In this document: positions 33,157 through 44,128 of the stretch, piece after piece | Numbering within the stretch: the first letter of the stretch is position 1 | Layout of the letters: each line of letters opens with the position of its first letter | Assembly (NCBI GenBank): GCA_963666515.2 | Contig: OY762897.2 | Span: 3,296,001-3,360,000, forward strand | From: Candidatus Binatia bacterium | Lineage (GTDB): Bacteria > Desulfobacterota > Binatia > UBA9968 > JAJDTQ01 | Length of the DNA: 64,000 nt | Direction of reading: 5' to 3' | Program-made: the position numbers and the translations under genes | The notes under the pieces: generated by a model | Seen by the model: the letters and a program-made list of their open reading frames with translations, nothing else | What the model was told of the DNA's origin: nothing | Databases searched by the model: none

Positions 33157-33669
33157 TCAGTCCAGCGGCCTCCAGGCTGCCAGGCGGACCCGGTCCCGGG
33201 GCGTTGCGCCGGCGGGGTCGTGTTCCAGCAGGGCTTCGAGGGCGGCCCTTGCGTTGGCGCGCGGGCACGGGTTCGCCGCGGGATAGCACGCGGTGGACCG
33301 CAGCCGGAGCCGTGGCGGACTGGCGCCCGCCACGGGAGTGGCGACGACGGTGTAGCTGCCGCCGTGGAACCCGCGGCCGTTGTAGAGCGTGGTCGGCGTC
33401 GAGATGGCCAGGAAGTCGCGGACGCCGTCTTCGTCCGCGACTTCGTGCCGGCCGTGGACGAGTCCGGCTTCCGCGATGTAGAACACGGCTACGCTCTTGT
33501 AGTAGGCGCCGGCAATGCGGAGGTCGGTGAGAGTCGCGGTCAGGCTCGTAGCGCTCACCACCGCCAGGACCGCGATCAGCATCAGGACGGACGGGAGGAC
33601 GACGCCCTCCTCGCCTCCGGGAAGAGACCCCGCGCGCCGCTCCGTCAACCGTGCATCCCGCCGTCTCAT
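33157..33669 (-). CDS. PilX-like minor pilin
   Basis: EEGVVL...hydrophobic helix...DLRIAG...FYIAEAGL, typical of PilX N-terminal domains. Confidence 0.7.
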   Translation of the reverse strand: MRRRDARLTERRAGSLPGGEEGVVLPSVLMLIAVLAVVSATSLTATLTDLRIAGAYYKSVAVFYIAEAGLVHGRHEVADEDGVRDFLAISTPTTLYNGRGFHGGSYTVVATPVAGASPPRLRLRSTACYPAANPCPRANARAALEALLEHDPAGATPRDRVRLAAWRPLD

Positions 33670-33709
33670 TCCATTAATGATAATCGGCGGAAGCGGCGGT
33701 TCCTTTAGC

Positions 33710-34402
33710 CTAGAACTTTTCGACCCAGGGTCTCAGCTCGATGTGCGACGTCCAGGCGCTGCGGTGCTGGCGGTGAAGCTGCAGATACGTTTCCGCGATG
33801 CTGTCCGGGCTGAGCCAGGTGTCCGCTCCACGCTCGGAGTCGCGCCTGGGCGAGGCGATGCCGCCGTCGATGACGATCTGCGCCACGTGGACGTTCTGCG
33901 GCTGAAGCTCCCGCGCCATGCTCTGGGTGAGCCCGCTGAGCCCGAACTTGCCCATGGCGAAGGACGCGGAGTTGGCGTAACCCTTGACGCTGGCCGAGGC
34001 GCCGGTGAACAGGATGGTCCCGCCGCCGGTGCGGAGCATGCTGGCGGCCGCGGCCTGTCCTACCAGGAAGCCGCCGTAGCAGGTGACCATGATGGCGTCC
34101 CGGACGGCGCCGGCGTCCAACTCGGTCAGCGGTCCGCGCACCCGCGCGCTGGCGTTGTAGACCACGACGTTGGGATCCCCGAGGTCCTGCGCCACCCGCG
34201 CGAACAGGTCGTTGACCTCACCGGGGACCACCGCGTCACACCGGTAGGCGCGGCAGCCGGTGTCCTCCGACAGTCCCTGGAGCTTGTCCGGGTTGCGGGC
34301 GACGATGGCCGCCTTCATGCCTTCCCGGGTGAACAGCCGCACGAGCGAAGCGCTCAGGCCCGGCCCGCCTCCCACAACCACTGCGACTTCCTGATCTGCC
34401 AT
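33710..34402 (-). CDS. Short-chain dehydrogenase/reductase
   Basis: VVGGGPGL, ILFTGASAS, FAMGKFG, HVAQIVIDG. Confidence 0.9.
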   Translation of the reverse strand: MADQEVAVVVGGGPGLSASLVRLFTREGMKAAIVARNPDKLQGLSEDTGCRAYRCDAVVPGEVNDLFARVAQDLGDPNVVVYNASARVRGPLTELDAGAVRDAIMVTCYGGFLVGQAAAASMLRTGGGTILFTGASASVKGYANSASFAMGKFGLSGLTQSMARELQPQNVHVAQIVIDGGIASPRRDSERGADTWLSPDSIAETYLQLHRQHRSAWTSHIELRPWVEKF

Positions 34403-34420
34403 GATCTCCTCCTCGAATGT

Positions 34421-35593
34421 TCAATCGTACAGCAGCGCCTTGTCCCTGCCGGCGCCGTAGACCTCGACGCCGCCGCAGGCGATGCGCGCCACCTCGTCGA
34501 GCCCAATGCCCCGGTCAATGGCTTGCCTGACCGCGGGGCGCCCGGTCAAGAGGTCGATGGCGGGAACGTCGTCACGGAACTCGTACGGCTCGGTCCGCCA
34601 CGCGAACGATTCGGGCCACAGCTTTCGCACCGCCACCAGCACGGCAAGGCCGGTGCGGTAAGGTTCGAAGGCTTGCCGGTCGCTGACGTGCAACTGCAGC
34701 GCGCCGCAACGCTCACCCTTGAACTTGTGGAAAGCCGGCTCGATCACGCATGGGCGGAACAGGACTCCGGGCAGGTCCTGGCGCCGCAACTCCTCGGCCA
34801 GCGACGCCCCGTCGATGAAGGGCGCCCCGAACAGCTCGAAGGGGCGCGTGGTGCCGCGGCCTTCGGACAGGTTGGTGCCCTCCAGCAGGCACATGCCCGG
34901 GTAGACCAGCGCCGTGTCCGGGGTCGGCATGTTGGGCGACGGCATCACCCAGGGCAGGCCGCATTGGTCGTAGTACGCGCTCCGCCTCCATCCCTCGCAT
35001 GTCACCACGTCCAGCTCGCTGCCGATGCCGAACGTCTCGTTGTAGAGCCGTGCCAGCTCGCCCAGTGTCATGCCGTGCCGTTGCGGCACCGGGTACAGCC
35101 CGCAGAAGTTCTCCAGCCCTTCGTCCAGGCCGCCCCCCTCCACCGCGGTGCCGCCGATGGGGTTGGGCCGGTCAAGCACCACCACCCTGACCCCGCACTT
35201 CCTCGCCGCGCGCATGCACAGCGCCATGGTGGCGGCATAGGTGTAGTAGCGGGCGCCGACGTCCTGGATGTCGAACAGGAGAATGTCGAGGTCTTCCAGT
35301 TGCTCCGGCGTCGGCGCAAGCGAATCGAAGGTGGCGCCGTAGAGGCTCACGGACGGCAGGCCCGTGGCCGGATCCGTGTCGTCCGCCACCTCTACCATGT
35401 CCTGCGCCGACCCCCGCAGGCCGTGCTCGGGACCGAACAGGCAGCGCAGGTCCACTTCCGGGTGCCGGTGCAGCAGGTCGGCGGCGTGGTTGAGATCGGG
35501 GTCTACCGTCGTGGGGTTGGCCACCAGCCCCACGCGCGCGGCGCCGAGCCAACGGCGCGGGTCTTCGAGGAGCCTCTCCAGTCCGGTACGCAC
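34421..35593 (-). CDS. Exo-beta-N-acetylmuramidase NamZ family (DUF1343)
   Basis: LFGPEHG, FDIQDVGARYYTY, LDRPNPIGG, RHGMTLGE, PSPNMP, EGTNLSEGRGTT. Confidence 0.9.
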   Translation of the reverse strand: MRTGLERLLEDPRRWLGAARVGLVANPTTVDPDLNHAADLLHRHPEVDLRCLFGPEHGLRGSAQDMVEVADDTDPATGLPSVSLYGATFDSLAPTPEQLEDLDILLFDIQDVGARYYTYAATMALCMRAARKCGVRVVVLDRPNPIGGTAVEGGGLDEGLENFCGLYPVPQRHGMTLGELARLYNETFGIGSELDVVTCEGWRRSAYYDQCGLPWVMPSPNMPTPDTALVYPGMCLLEGTNLSEGRGTTRPFELFGAPFIDGASLAEELRRQDLPGVLFRPCVIEPAFHKFKGERCGALQLHVSDRQAFEPYRTGLAVLVAVRKLWPESFAWRTEPYEFRDDVPAIDLLTGRPAVRQAIDRGIGLDEVARIACGGVEVYGAGRDKALLYD

Positions 35594-35595
35594 GG

Positions 35596-36474
35596 CTAAC
35601 CCCCGCCCGCTCTGGCGTAGACCAGCAGCAGGGTGCCGATGAAGGTGAGCCCGACGCCGACGCACACCCTCAGGTTCACGGTCTCCACGTCGCGCAGGAA
35701 GATGGCCGTGAGGACCACCGTCAATACCGGGTTGGTGCTGATCAGAGGCTCCACGATGACGATGTCGCCGGCGGCGAGGGCGTAGAAGTTCGCCAGCATC
35801 CCGGTGGTGTTGCACAGGCCCGCGGCCACGAACCACGCGAACACCGAACGGGACATGGGCAACACCTTGCGCGGCCCGCCTCGGCCGTAGACCATGCCGG
35901 TGGCCAGCGCCAGCCCGGTGGTGGCGTTTACGCACGACGCCATGAGCGGCAGGTTGTCGATGAAGAAGCCGAGCTTGCGGACGCTGGCGGCGAAGGAGAA
36001 CGACAGCGCCGCCAGCAGGGGGAAGATGAAGTCCCGGCGCCGCCACTCGGCCTCTTTCTGCTCGTGGGTGCGCGAGATGACGATGACGCCGGCGATGATC
36101 AGCGTGGTGCCGAAGAAGGCTCCCAGGGTCCAGTGCTCTCCGACGATGATCACCGCGAGTATGGACGCGAACATGGGGGTGGTGCTCACCACGGGGATGG
36201 AACGCGCCACTCCCAGCCGGTCGATGGAAACGTAGACCAGCCACCGTCCGAGGCCGGAGGCGAACAGGCCGCCCACCGCGAAATACCAGATGGCGTGGGT
36301 CCAGAAGGCGGCCAGGGGCATGGAGCCCGCCACCATGACCCACAGGGTCACGAACGAGATGACGATGGAGATGGTGAACCCCGCCAGGGGATTGGACTCG
36401 GCCAGCCCGCGGCGGATCAGGATGTGGGAGACCGCGAAGCCCAGCGACGCGATCAGGGCGTAGAATATGGCCAT
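35596..36474 (-). CDS. DMT/EamA-family transporter
   Basis: About 10 TM helices in two EamA-like repeats. Confidence 0.85.
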   Translation of the reverse strand: MAIFYALIASLGFAVSHILIRRGLAESNPLAGFTISIVISFVTLWVMVAGSMPLAAFWTHAIWYFAVGGLFASGLGRWLVYVSIDRLGVARSIPVVSTTPMFASILAVIIVGEHWTLGAFFGTTLIIAGVIVISRTHEQKEAEWRRRDFIFPLLAALSFSFAASVRKLGFFIDNLPLMASCVNATTGLALATGMVYGRGGPRKVLPMSRSVFAWFVAAGLCNTTGMLANFYALAAGDIVIVEPLISTNPVLTVVLTAIFLRDVETVNLRVCVGVGLTFIGTLLLVYARAGGG

Positions 36475-36523
36475 GCGAGATGGAGATGCGCGGGCTGATG
36501 GCGGTCAGCCCGGCGGAAGACCG

Positions 36524-36751
36524 CTATTGTCCCGCCTCGTACCAGCGCGCGACGCGGATCTTGATGGCCCCGACGGGACAGTCCCACTCGCAGATGAAGC
36601 AGCCCTGGCAGTCTTCCTCGTACCTGGCGAAGGGATAGCCGTCCTTGCCGATGCGGATCACGTCCGTGGGGCAGGCGTCGTCGCAGGCCGTGCAGGAGAT
36701 GCAGACTTCCTTGTATATCTCGACCTTCGGCAGATGCAGATCTTCGGCCAT
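36524..36751 (-). CDS. 2x[4Fe-4S] ferredoxin (AprB-like partner)
   Basis: CISCTACDDACP and CQGCFICEWDCP motifs. Confidence 0.88.
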   Translation of the reverse strand: MAEDLHLPKVEIYKEVCISCTACDDACPTDVIRIGKDGYPFARYEEDCQGCFICEWDCPVGAIKIRVARWYEAGQ

Positions 36752-36753
36752 GG

Positions 36754-38508
36754 CTACGCCAGTTCCTCTTCCACCGCCTGCCCGGCGACCTTGAAGAAGG
36801 GGTGCATCGCCTTTCCGGGCCTCGGACGGTAGTGCACGTAGAACTCGTCGCGCGGGATGGGCTCGTCCCAGATCTTCAGGGCGCCGTTCTCGATGATGGA
36901 CTTGCTCAACACCAGCCACTTCTCGTTGTCGGTCTCCGGATGGTCGCGGTTGATGACCGAGCCGCGGCTCTCCTGCCGGTGCAGCAGGTAGTCCAGCACC
37001 GCGGTCAGCGCCTCGATGGAATTGCGCAGCCCCAGCACCTTCACCAAGTCGTGGGGGTCCCTGGCCATGACCTGGTCATAGGTGTCGAGGATGTCCGCGA
37101 GCCCGCGCCGCACCCGGGTGATCTTCTCGTCGTTGAGGATGACCCCCAGCTCGTGCAGCAGGTCCGCGGCCCTGCCGTGGACCTCGTCGAAGTCGGTCCC
37201 TTCCGGCTTGAGGTACTGGGTGGCGCTCCCGGAGAGCGACTCCACCTGCTGCCCGACGGCGCCCTTGAGGTCCGCGTTCCGGGCGTAGTCGGCGGCGTGC
37301 AGCCCGGCCCACCAGCCCAGCACCATGCACCAGGAGAGGTTCAGGTTGGGCGAGATGTTCATGCCGTCGCTGCTGGCGCCGGCGGCGAACAGGCCCGGCA
37401 GCGAGGTCCTGCACTGGTCGTCCACCACCGCGCCGCCGCCGTGGCTGGAGCCGTAGGTGGCCGCCAGCACCGGCAGATACGGTACCCGCTCCTTGCTGAC
37501 GTTGTACCCCCCCGCCTCGAGGGTGTTCATGATGATGGGGATGACTTCGTACAGCATGCGGATGTTCTCGGGCGGGAGCTTGGTGCAGTCGAGGTACACG
37601 GGCCCGTTGCCTTCCAGCATCTCCAGCGCCACCGCCTGTCCCAGCGACAGCCGGCGGGTGAACTCGGCCTCGGACTCCGTGAACCGCTTCATCACGTCCA
37701 CGCCCAGGCGGTTGAAGTAGCTGGTGCCCATGGTGGTGAAGTGCTCGATGCCCGGGGCGCACATGAACTCCATGGTCTGGAGGTACTTGCTGCCGCACGC
37801 CATGTTGCCCATCACCGCGCCCGCCCGGAGCTGCATGGCGACGCCGTCGCTGGTGATGTTGAGGGGCATGCCGGCGAACCATTGCCCCGGCCGCTTGTAG
37901 CCGAAGTTGAACCCGCCGGCGCACATCACCACGGACTTGGCCTCGCAGACGTGGACCTCGCGTTCCCGGCCGGAGACCCCCAGCGCGCCTACCACGTGAC
38001 CGCCGGTGGGGTGCCTGCCGTCGGAGGTCAGCAGGTCGGTGACCGACACCCGGTTGAGCACCCGGACGCCGGCCCGCAACGCCACCCCGCGCACCACCTT
38101 CATCATCGCGGTGCCGCCGCCCACGAGGCCCGCGGCCAGCCCGCCGCTGGCCGCGGCTCCCGATCCGCCCTTGCCGCGCCAGATCTCGCCGCGCTCCTTG
38201 ACGAACCGCACGCCCCAGCCGTCCAGGATCTGGAGCACGTCATGGGTGGCGTATATGGCCTCGATGGCCTTGGTCTGGTTGGTGAGCACGCCGCGGCCAC
38301 CGAGGTGGATCATGAGGTCGTCGCCCGGCATGTAGGTGATGTACGCGCCCGAAGCCAGTGCCGCGCAACCGCTCCGCCCGAACACGGACTTGTCCACCAG
38401 CAGCACGTCCGCGCCCGCCTCCCGCGCGCGGATCGCCGCCATGGCCCCGGCCGCGCCGCCGCCGATGACCAGCACGTCGGCTTGGTGATGGATCGTCTTG
38501 TAGCTCAT
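36754..38508 (-). CDS. SdhA/FrdA/AprA-family flavoprotein
   Basis: DVLVIGGGAAG FAD motif, RSGC, TSLPGLFAAG, RQESRG. Confidence 0.85.
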   Translation of the reverse strand: MSYKTIHHQADVLVIGGGAAGAMAAIRAREAGADVLLVDKSVFGRSGCAALASGAYITYMPGDDLMIHLGGRGVLTNQTKAIEAIYATHDVLQILDGWGVRFVKERGEIWRGKGGSGAAASGGLAAGLVGGGTAMMKVVRGVALRAGVRVLNRVSVTDLLTSDGRHPTGGHVVGALGVSGREREVHVCEAKSVVMCAGGFNFGYKRPGQWFAGMPLNITSDGVAMQLRAGAVMGNMACGSKYLQTMEFMCAPGIEHFTTMGTSYFNRLGVDVMKRFTESEAEFTRRLSLGQAVALEMLEGNGPVYLDCTKLPPENIRMLYEVIPIIMNTLEAGGYNVSKERVPYLPVLAATYGSSHGGGAVVDDQCRTSLPGLFAAGASSDGMNISPNLNLSWCMVLGWWAGLHAADYARNADLKGAVGQQVESLSGSATQYLKPEGTDFDEVHGRAADLLHELGVILNDEKITRVRRGLADILDTYDQVMARDPHDLVKVLGLRNSIEALTAVLDYLLHRQESRGSVINRDHPETDNEKWLVLSKSIIENGALKIWDEPIPRDEFYVHYRPRPGKAMHPFFKVAGQAVEEELA

Positions 38509-38681
38509 GATGGGTGCGCCCTGTCGGCTCCTAGTACCTAGACCAACTCACGTGCCCTGTCAAAGACCGCTCCAGATCGCCGGTACCGGACCCGCGACAA
38601 CCGGTTCTCCGGTTTTTGCTTGCGCATCCACGCGCGTCCGGTTTATGGAAATTTTCACCATTCTGTTTCGGGGAGATGCCG

Positions 38682-40583
<1,902 letters not shown>

Positions 40584-40638
40584 CGGCTCGAAGTTCGGGT
40601 TCGGACACGAGCTTACGGCGAATTTGTTGATTTTCTCC

Positions 40639-40666
40639 TTGACAAATCAGTTCGTTTGCGTATATC
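40639..40666 (+). promoter_or_regulatory. Candidate sigma70 promoter for the symporter
   Basis: TTGACA-16 nt-TATATC in an AT-rich intergenic region. Confidence 0.5.
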
Positions 40667-40845
40667 CGCATTGAAATAAGATCCTGCAACGGGATCGCTC
40701 CATGTTTGCGGTGCTGGCGTTGAAGGGGGAACTGCGCTTGCCCGACGAGCAGCCCATACCACGATTCGGTCTCGCCCCGGGACCGGGTTTCACCCACAAC
40801 ACGTTCGCCGTGCATTGGTAATCCTTTTCCCTGAAGGAGGTGCCT

Positions 40846-42804
40846 ATGTCCGCCAAGGTCATTTGGTTGTTCGCCTTCGTGATACTCTACTGGGCCTACT
40901 GCATCTATTGGGGTATCCGCGGCGCGCGGATGGCGCGAACCGCCGCCGACTACTTCATCTCGGGACGGGTGCTGCCGCTATGGGTCTTCGTGCTGGCGGC
41001 GACGGCGACCTCGTTCTCGGGCTGGACGTTCATCGGCCATCCCGGCCTGGTGTTCCGTGACGGGTTCCAGTACGCCTACGCTTCGTTCTACACCATCACG
41101 ATCCCGTTCACCGGCGTGATGTTCCTGAAGCGTCAATGGATGCTGGGCAAGCGCTACGGCTACGTCACCCCCGGCGAGATGTTCTCCGACTACTTCAGAG
41201 GCGACTTCATTCGCATTCTGACGGTGGTGGTGGCGCTGTTCTTCTCGATCCCGTACCTGGGCGTGCAGTTGCGGGCTTCGGGCTTCCTGTTCCACGTGCT
41301 CACGGACACGGCCCTGTCCATCGACGTCGGCATGTGGATGCTCTCCCTGGTCGTGTTGATCTACGTGGCGTCGGGAGGGCTGCGAGCCGTGGCCTACGTG
41401 GACACCCTGCAATGCATCCTGCTGGCGCTGGGTATCATCATCATCGGCATCATCGGCCTGGCCTATGTGGGCGGCTTCGGCGCCCTCACCGGCAAGATCG
41501 CCGAGCTGGTCCAGTACCAGGTGGCCAACAAGATCAAGATCACGCCGGACGGATACAGCCACTACGTCGCGATACCAGGGGTGATACAATTCGTCTCATC
41601 CGGTCCGTCGGCCATAGGGGGCGCCTGGACCGGCATCATGATCCTCACGTACATGTTCGCCCTCATGGGCATCCAGTCCGCGCCAGCCTTCTCCATGTGG
41701 TCGTTCTCCAACCGCAACCCGGCGCCGTTCGCGCCCCAGCAGGTCTGGGCCTCGTCCTTCGCCATCGGCTTCATCCTGTTCTTCTTCACCGCTTTCCAGG
41801 CCATGGCCGGACACTTCCTGGGCGGCAACGAGTTCATGCTCAAGGCTGGGCTCGCGGAGAACGTCATGGGCATCGACGCGGGCTACAACGCGAGCTCGGG
41901 GCTCATGGCGCAAGGGCTCCTGGTGCCCTCCATGATCAATCTCATGGCGGACGTCGCCCCCTGGCTCCTGGGCCTGCTGGCCGTGTGCGCCCTGGCCGCC
42001 ATGCAGTCCACCGGCGCAGCCTACATGTCCACCGCGGGCTCGATGCTGACGCGGGATCTCTACAAGAGATATCTCAACCCCGGCGCCGACCACGCCACCC
42101 AGGTGTGGGTGGGACGTATCGGGGTCCTCATCATCGTGCTGGCGGCCCTGATCGTGGCAACGGTTTCCACCGACGCGCTGGTGCTGCTGGGAGGCTTGGC
42201 CGTGGCCTACGGCTTCCAGATGTGGCCCGCCCTGATCGCGGTATGCTGGTGGCCCTGGCTCACGCGTGAAGGGGTGAGCTGGGGACTCCTGGCCGGGGTC
42301 ATCGCGGTGACGTTCACCGAGACCATCGGCCAGAACCTGGTGCCGAACCTGCCGTGGGGCCGCTGGCCCTGGACCATCCACGCGGCCGGCTGGGGCATCT
42401 TCTTCAACCTCGGCTTGGCCATCATCATCTCCGCGGTGACGCAGAACGCCGAGGAGTTGAAGCACCGCATGACCTACCACAACTTCCTGGCCGAGCACTC
42501 GAGCCTGCCGGAAGAGAAGCGCGGCATGGTGCCCATGGCCTGGATCGTGACCCTGGTGTGGTTCTTCTTCGCCATCGGCCCGGGCGCCGTCTTCGGCAAC
42601 ACCCTGTTCGGCGACCCCAACAACCCGGCCTCCTGGTGGGTTTTCGGCATGCCGTCCATCTGGGTGTGGCAGATCATCTGGTGGGCCCTGGGCGTCGGCA
42701 TGATGTGGCTCCTGGCCTACAAGATGGAGATGTCCATCGTGCCGAGCAAGGAAGTGGAGGCGCTCACCGAAGACATCGGTGACCGGCAGGCCGCCAGCGC
42801 GTGA
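40846..42804 (+). CDS. Sodium:solute symporter (possibly monocarboxylate)
   Basis: ADYFISGR, ATATSFSGWTF, GGLRAVAYVD, AAMQST; AAGGAGG RBS; next to acyl-CoA synthetase. Confidence 0.88.
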   Translation: MSAKVIWLFAFVILYWAYCIYWGIRGARMARTAADYFISGRVLPLWVFVLAATATSFSGWTFIGHPGLVFRDGFQYAYASFYTITIPFTGVMFLKRQWMLGKRYGYVTPGEMFSDYFRGDFIRILTVVVALFFSIPYLGVQLRASGFLFHVLTDTALSIDVGMWMLSLVVLIYVASGGLRAVAYVDTLQCILLALGIIIIGIIGLAYVGGFGALTGKIAELVQYQVANKIKITPDGYSHYVAIPGVIQFVSSGPSAIGGAWTGIMILTYMFALMGIQSAPAFSMWSFSNRNPAPFAPQQVWASSFAIGFILFFFTAFQAMAGHFLGGNEFMLKAGLAENVMGIDAGYNASSGLMAQGLLVPSMINLMADVAPWLLGLLAVCALAAMQSTGAAYMSTAGSMLTRDLYKRYLNPGADHATQVWVGRIGVLIIVLAALIVATVSTDALVLLGGLAVAYGFQMWPALIAVCWWPWLTREGVSWGLLAGVIAVTFTETIGQNLVPNLPWGRWPWTIHAAGWGIFFNLGLAIIISAVTQNAEELKHRMTYHNFLAEHSSLPEEKRGMVPMAWIVTLVWFFFAIGPGAVFGNTLFGDPNNPASWWVFGMPSIWVWQIIWWALGVGMMWLLAYKMEMSIVPSKEVEALTEDIGDRQAASA

Positions 42805-42820
42805 CCCGCGTCCAGACGCC

Positions 42821-42864
42821 AGGGACCTCCTCCGGCCCGTGCCGGAGGGGGTCCCTTTCCCTTT
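42821..42864 (+). terminator. Stem-loop/terminator after symporter
   Basis: AGGGACCTCCTCCGGC-loop-GCCGGAGGGGGTCCCT followed by TTCCCTTT. Confidence 0.65.
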
Positions 42865-42884
42865 CATCCGCGCCCGCGTGACCC

Positions 42885-43130
42885 ATGTACGCATCCTCCT
42901 CCGCCTCGCTGGTGTGGTTCTGGATCACGACGTGGCTGCTGGCGATACTGCTCTACTTTCCGGTGCACCGCCTGATCTGGGTGATGCGCGTGCGCAGGCT
43001 GGAAGCACGGACGGGCAGCAAGCCCACCGACGAAGAGATCGAGACCCTGCGGGTCAAGACACGGATCGTCGCCGGGCTCATCGTCCTCACCTTCGCCTAC
43101 CTCTTCAACCACGTCGTCTTTCGCTCGTGA
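42885..43130 (+). CDS. Small two-TM membrane protein
   Basis: Two hydrophobic helices; co-oriented with symporter and TPR gene. Confidence 0.6.
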   Translation: MYASSSASLVWFWITTWLLAILLYFPVHRLIWVMRVRRLEARTGSKPTDEEIETLRVKTRIVAGLIVLTFAYLFNHVVFRS

Positions 43131-43185
43131 ACATGGCCTCATACGGACACCCTTCGGGCCGGAGTCCCCGCGCGGGGGGAGTGAC

Positions 43186-43785
43186 GTGATCCAGACCGGA
43201 TCCAGCGTCCACCGGCTCATGGTGTGGCTCGCCGCGGCCACCGCCATCTTCGTCGGCGCCTCGGTGCTCTACGAGTACGTCTTCACCAACCACGACCAGG
43301 GGGAGCTGCACTACCGCCGGGGCAACCTGCGGCTGGAGGACGGCCTCTACCGGGAAGCGCTGACCGAGTTCGAGGAACAGCTCCGGCTCCACCCGGAGCA
43401 GGCCGCCGGCCATCTCGGCAAGGGCCTCGCGCTGATGGGACTGGCGCGGAACGACGAGGCGCTGGCCGCCATCGACCACGCCATCGCGCTGAAGCCGGAC
43501 TTCGCCGCGGCGTTCGCCAATCGCGGCATTCTCCACGACCGCTTGGGCCGGAGCGAGAAGGCGCTGGGCGACTACCGCCGGGCGCTGGCGATGGACGCCA
43601 CCCTGGCCGACGGCCCCGGCTGGATCACGCGGTTCTTCCGCAAGCAGCCCCAGGCGCCCCCCACCATCCGGGACCGCGCCGTCTACCTCGCCGAGCAGCT
43701 CAAGAAGCCCGCGGCCGAGCGCCTTCTGCAGGTGCCGGAGCTGGACGGCGCGCAACGCTCCTACAAGGTCCACGGGAAGGACTGA
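43186..43785 (+). CDS. Membrane-anchored TPR protein
   Basis: N-terminal TM and three TPR repeats (AFANRGILHDRLG). Confidence 0.8.
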   Translation: MIQTGSSVHRLMVWLAAATAIFVGASVLYEYVFTNHDQGELHYRRGNLRLEDGLYREALTEFEEQLRLHPEQAAGHLGKGLALMGLARNDEALAAIDHAIALKPDFAAAFANRGILHDRLGRSEKALGDYRRALAMDATLADGPGWITRFFRKQPQAPPTIRDRAVYLAEQLKKPAAERLLQVPELDGAQRSYKVHGKD

Positions 43786-43818
43786 ACCCGCCGCCAGGAG
43801 CCGGCCGCCCTCGGCCGG

Positions 43819-44004
43819 TCAGAATATCTCCAGGAGATCGTGGGCGAGGACCCACATGCAGTAGAACAGCGCGATGCAGCCGAAGAGCGTGTGGATCCAC
43901 TCCCGCTCGCCGTCCTTGGTGCGGAAGGTGATGCCGTGCCACGCGATCAGCGCGGTGACCACGACAAAGACCACATCGATCCATTTGTCGTCGGCGTCGG
44001 GCAT
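43819..44004 (-). CDS. Small membrane protein
   Basis: 61 aa with two hydrophobic segments. Confidence 0.5.
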   Translation of the reverse strand: MPDADDKWIDVVFVVVTALIAWHGITFRTKDGEREWIHTLFGCIALFYCMWVLAHDLLEIF

Positions 44005-44128
44005 GATAAAGAGTCCCTACGAGTTCACGGCGCCATGCTGTCCGCGTTGAAAATACTCTATTCGCTGGAGGAGCCGGAAGACAACGTCATCGCCCAGGCC
44101 GCGGGTCGCCCCTACCGAGGAACTGGCC

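Noticed and set aside
34421-36343. 640-aa ORF suggesting an N-terminally extended NamZ
   Set aside because: The extension is an alternative frame over the DMT transporter gene; NamZ homology starts at VRTGLE (35593).
36524-38508. True dissimilatory APS reductase (aprAB)
   Set aside because: The ferredoxin lacks the long AprB C-terminal tail, the gene order is reversed relative to typical aprBA, and there is no sat/qmo context.
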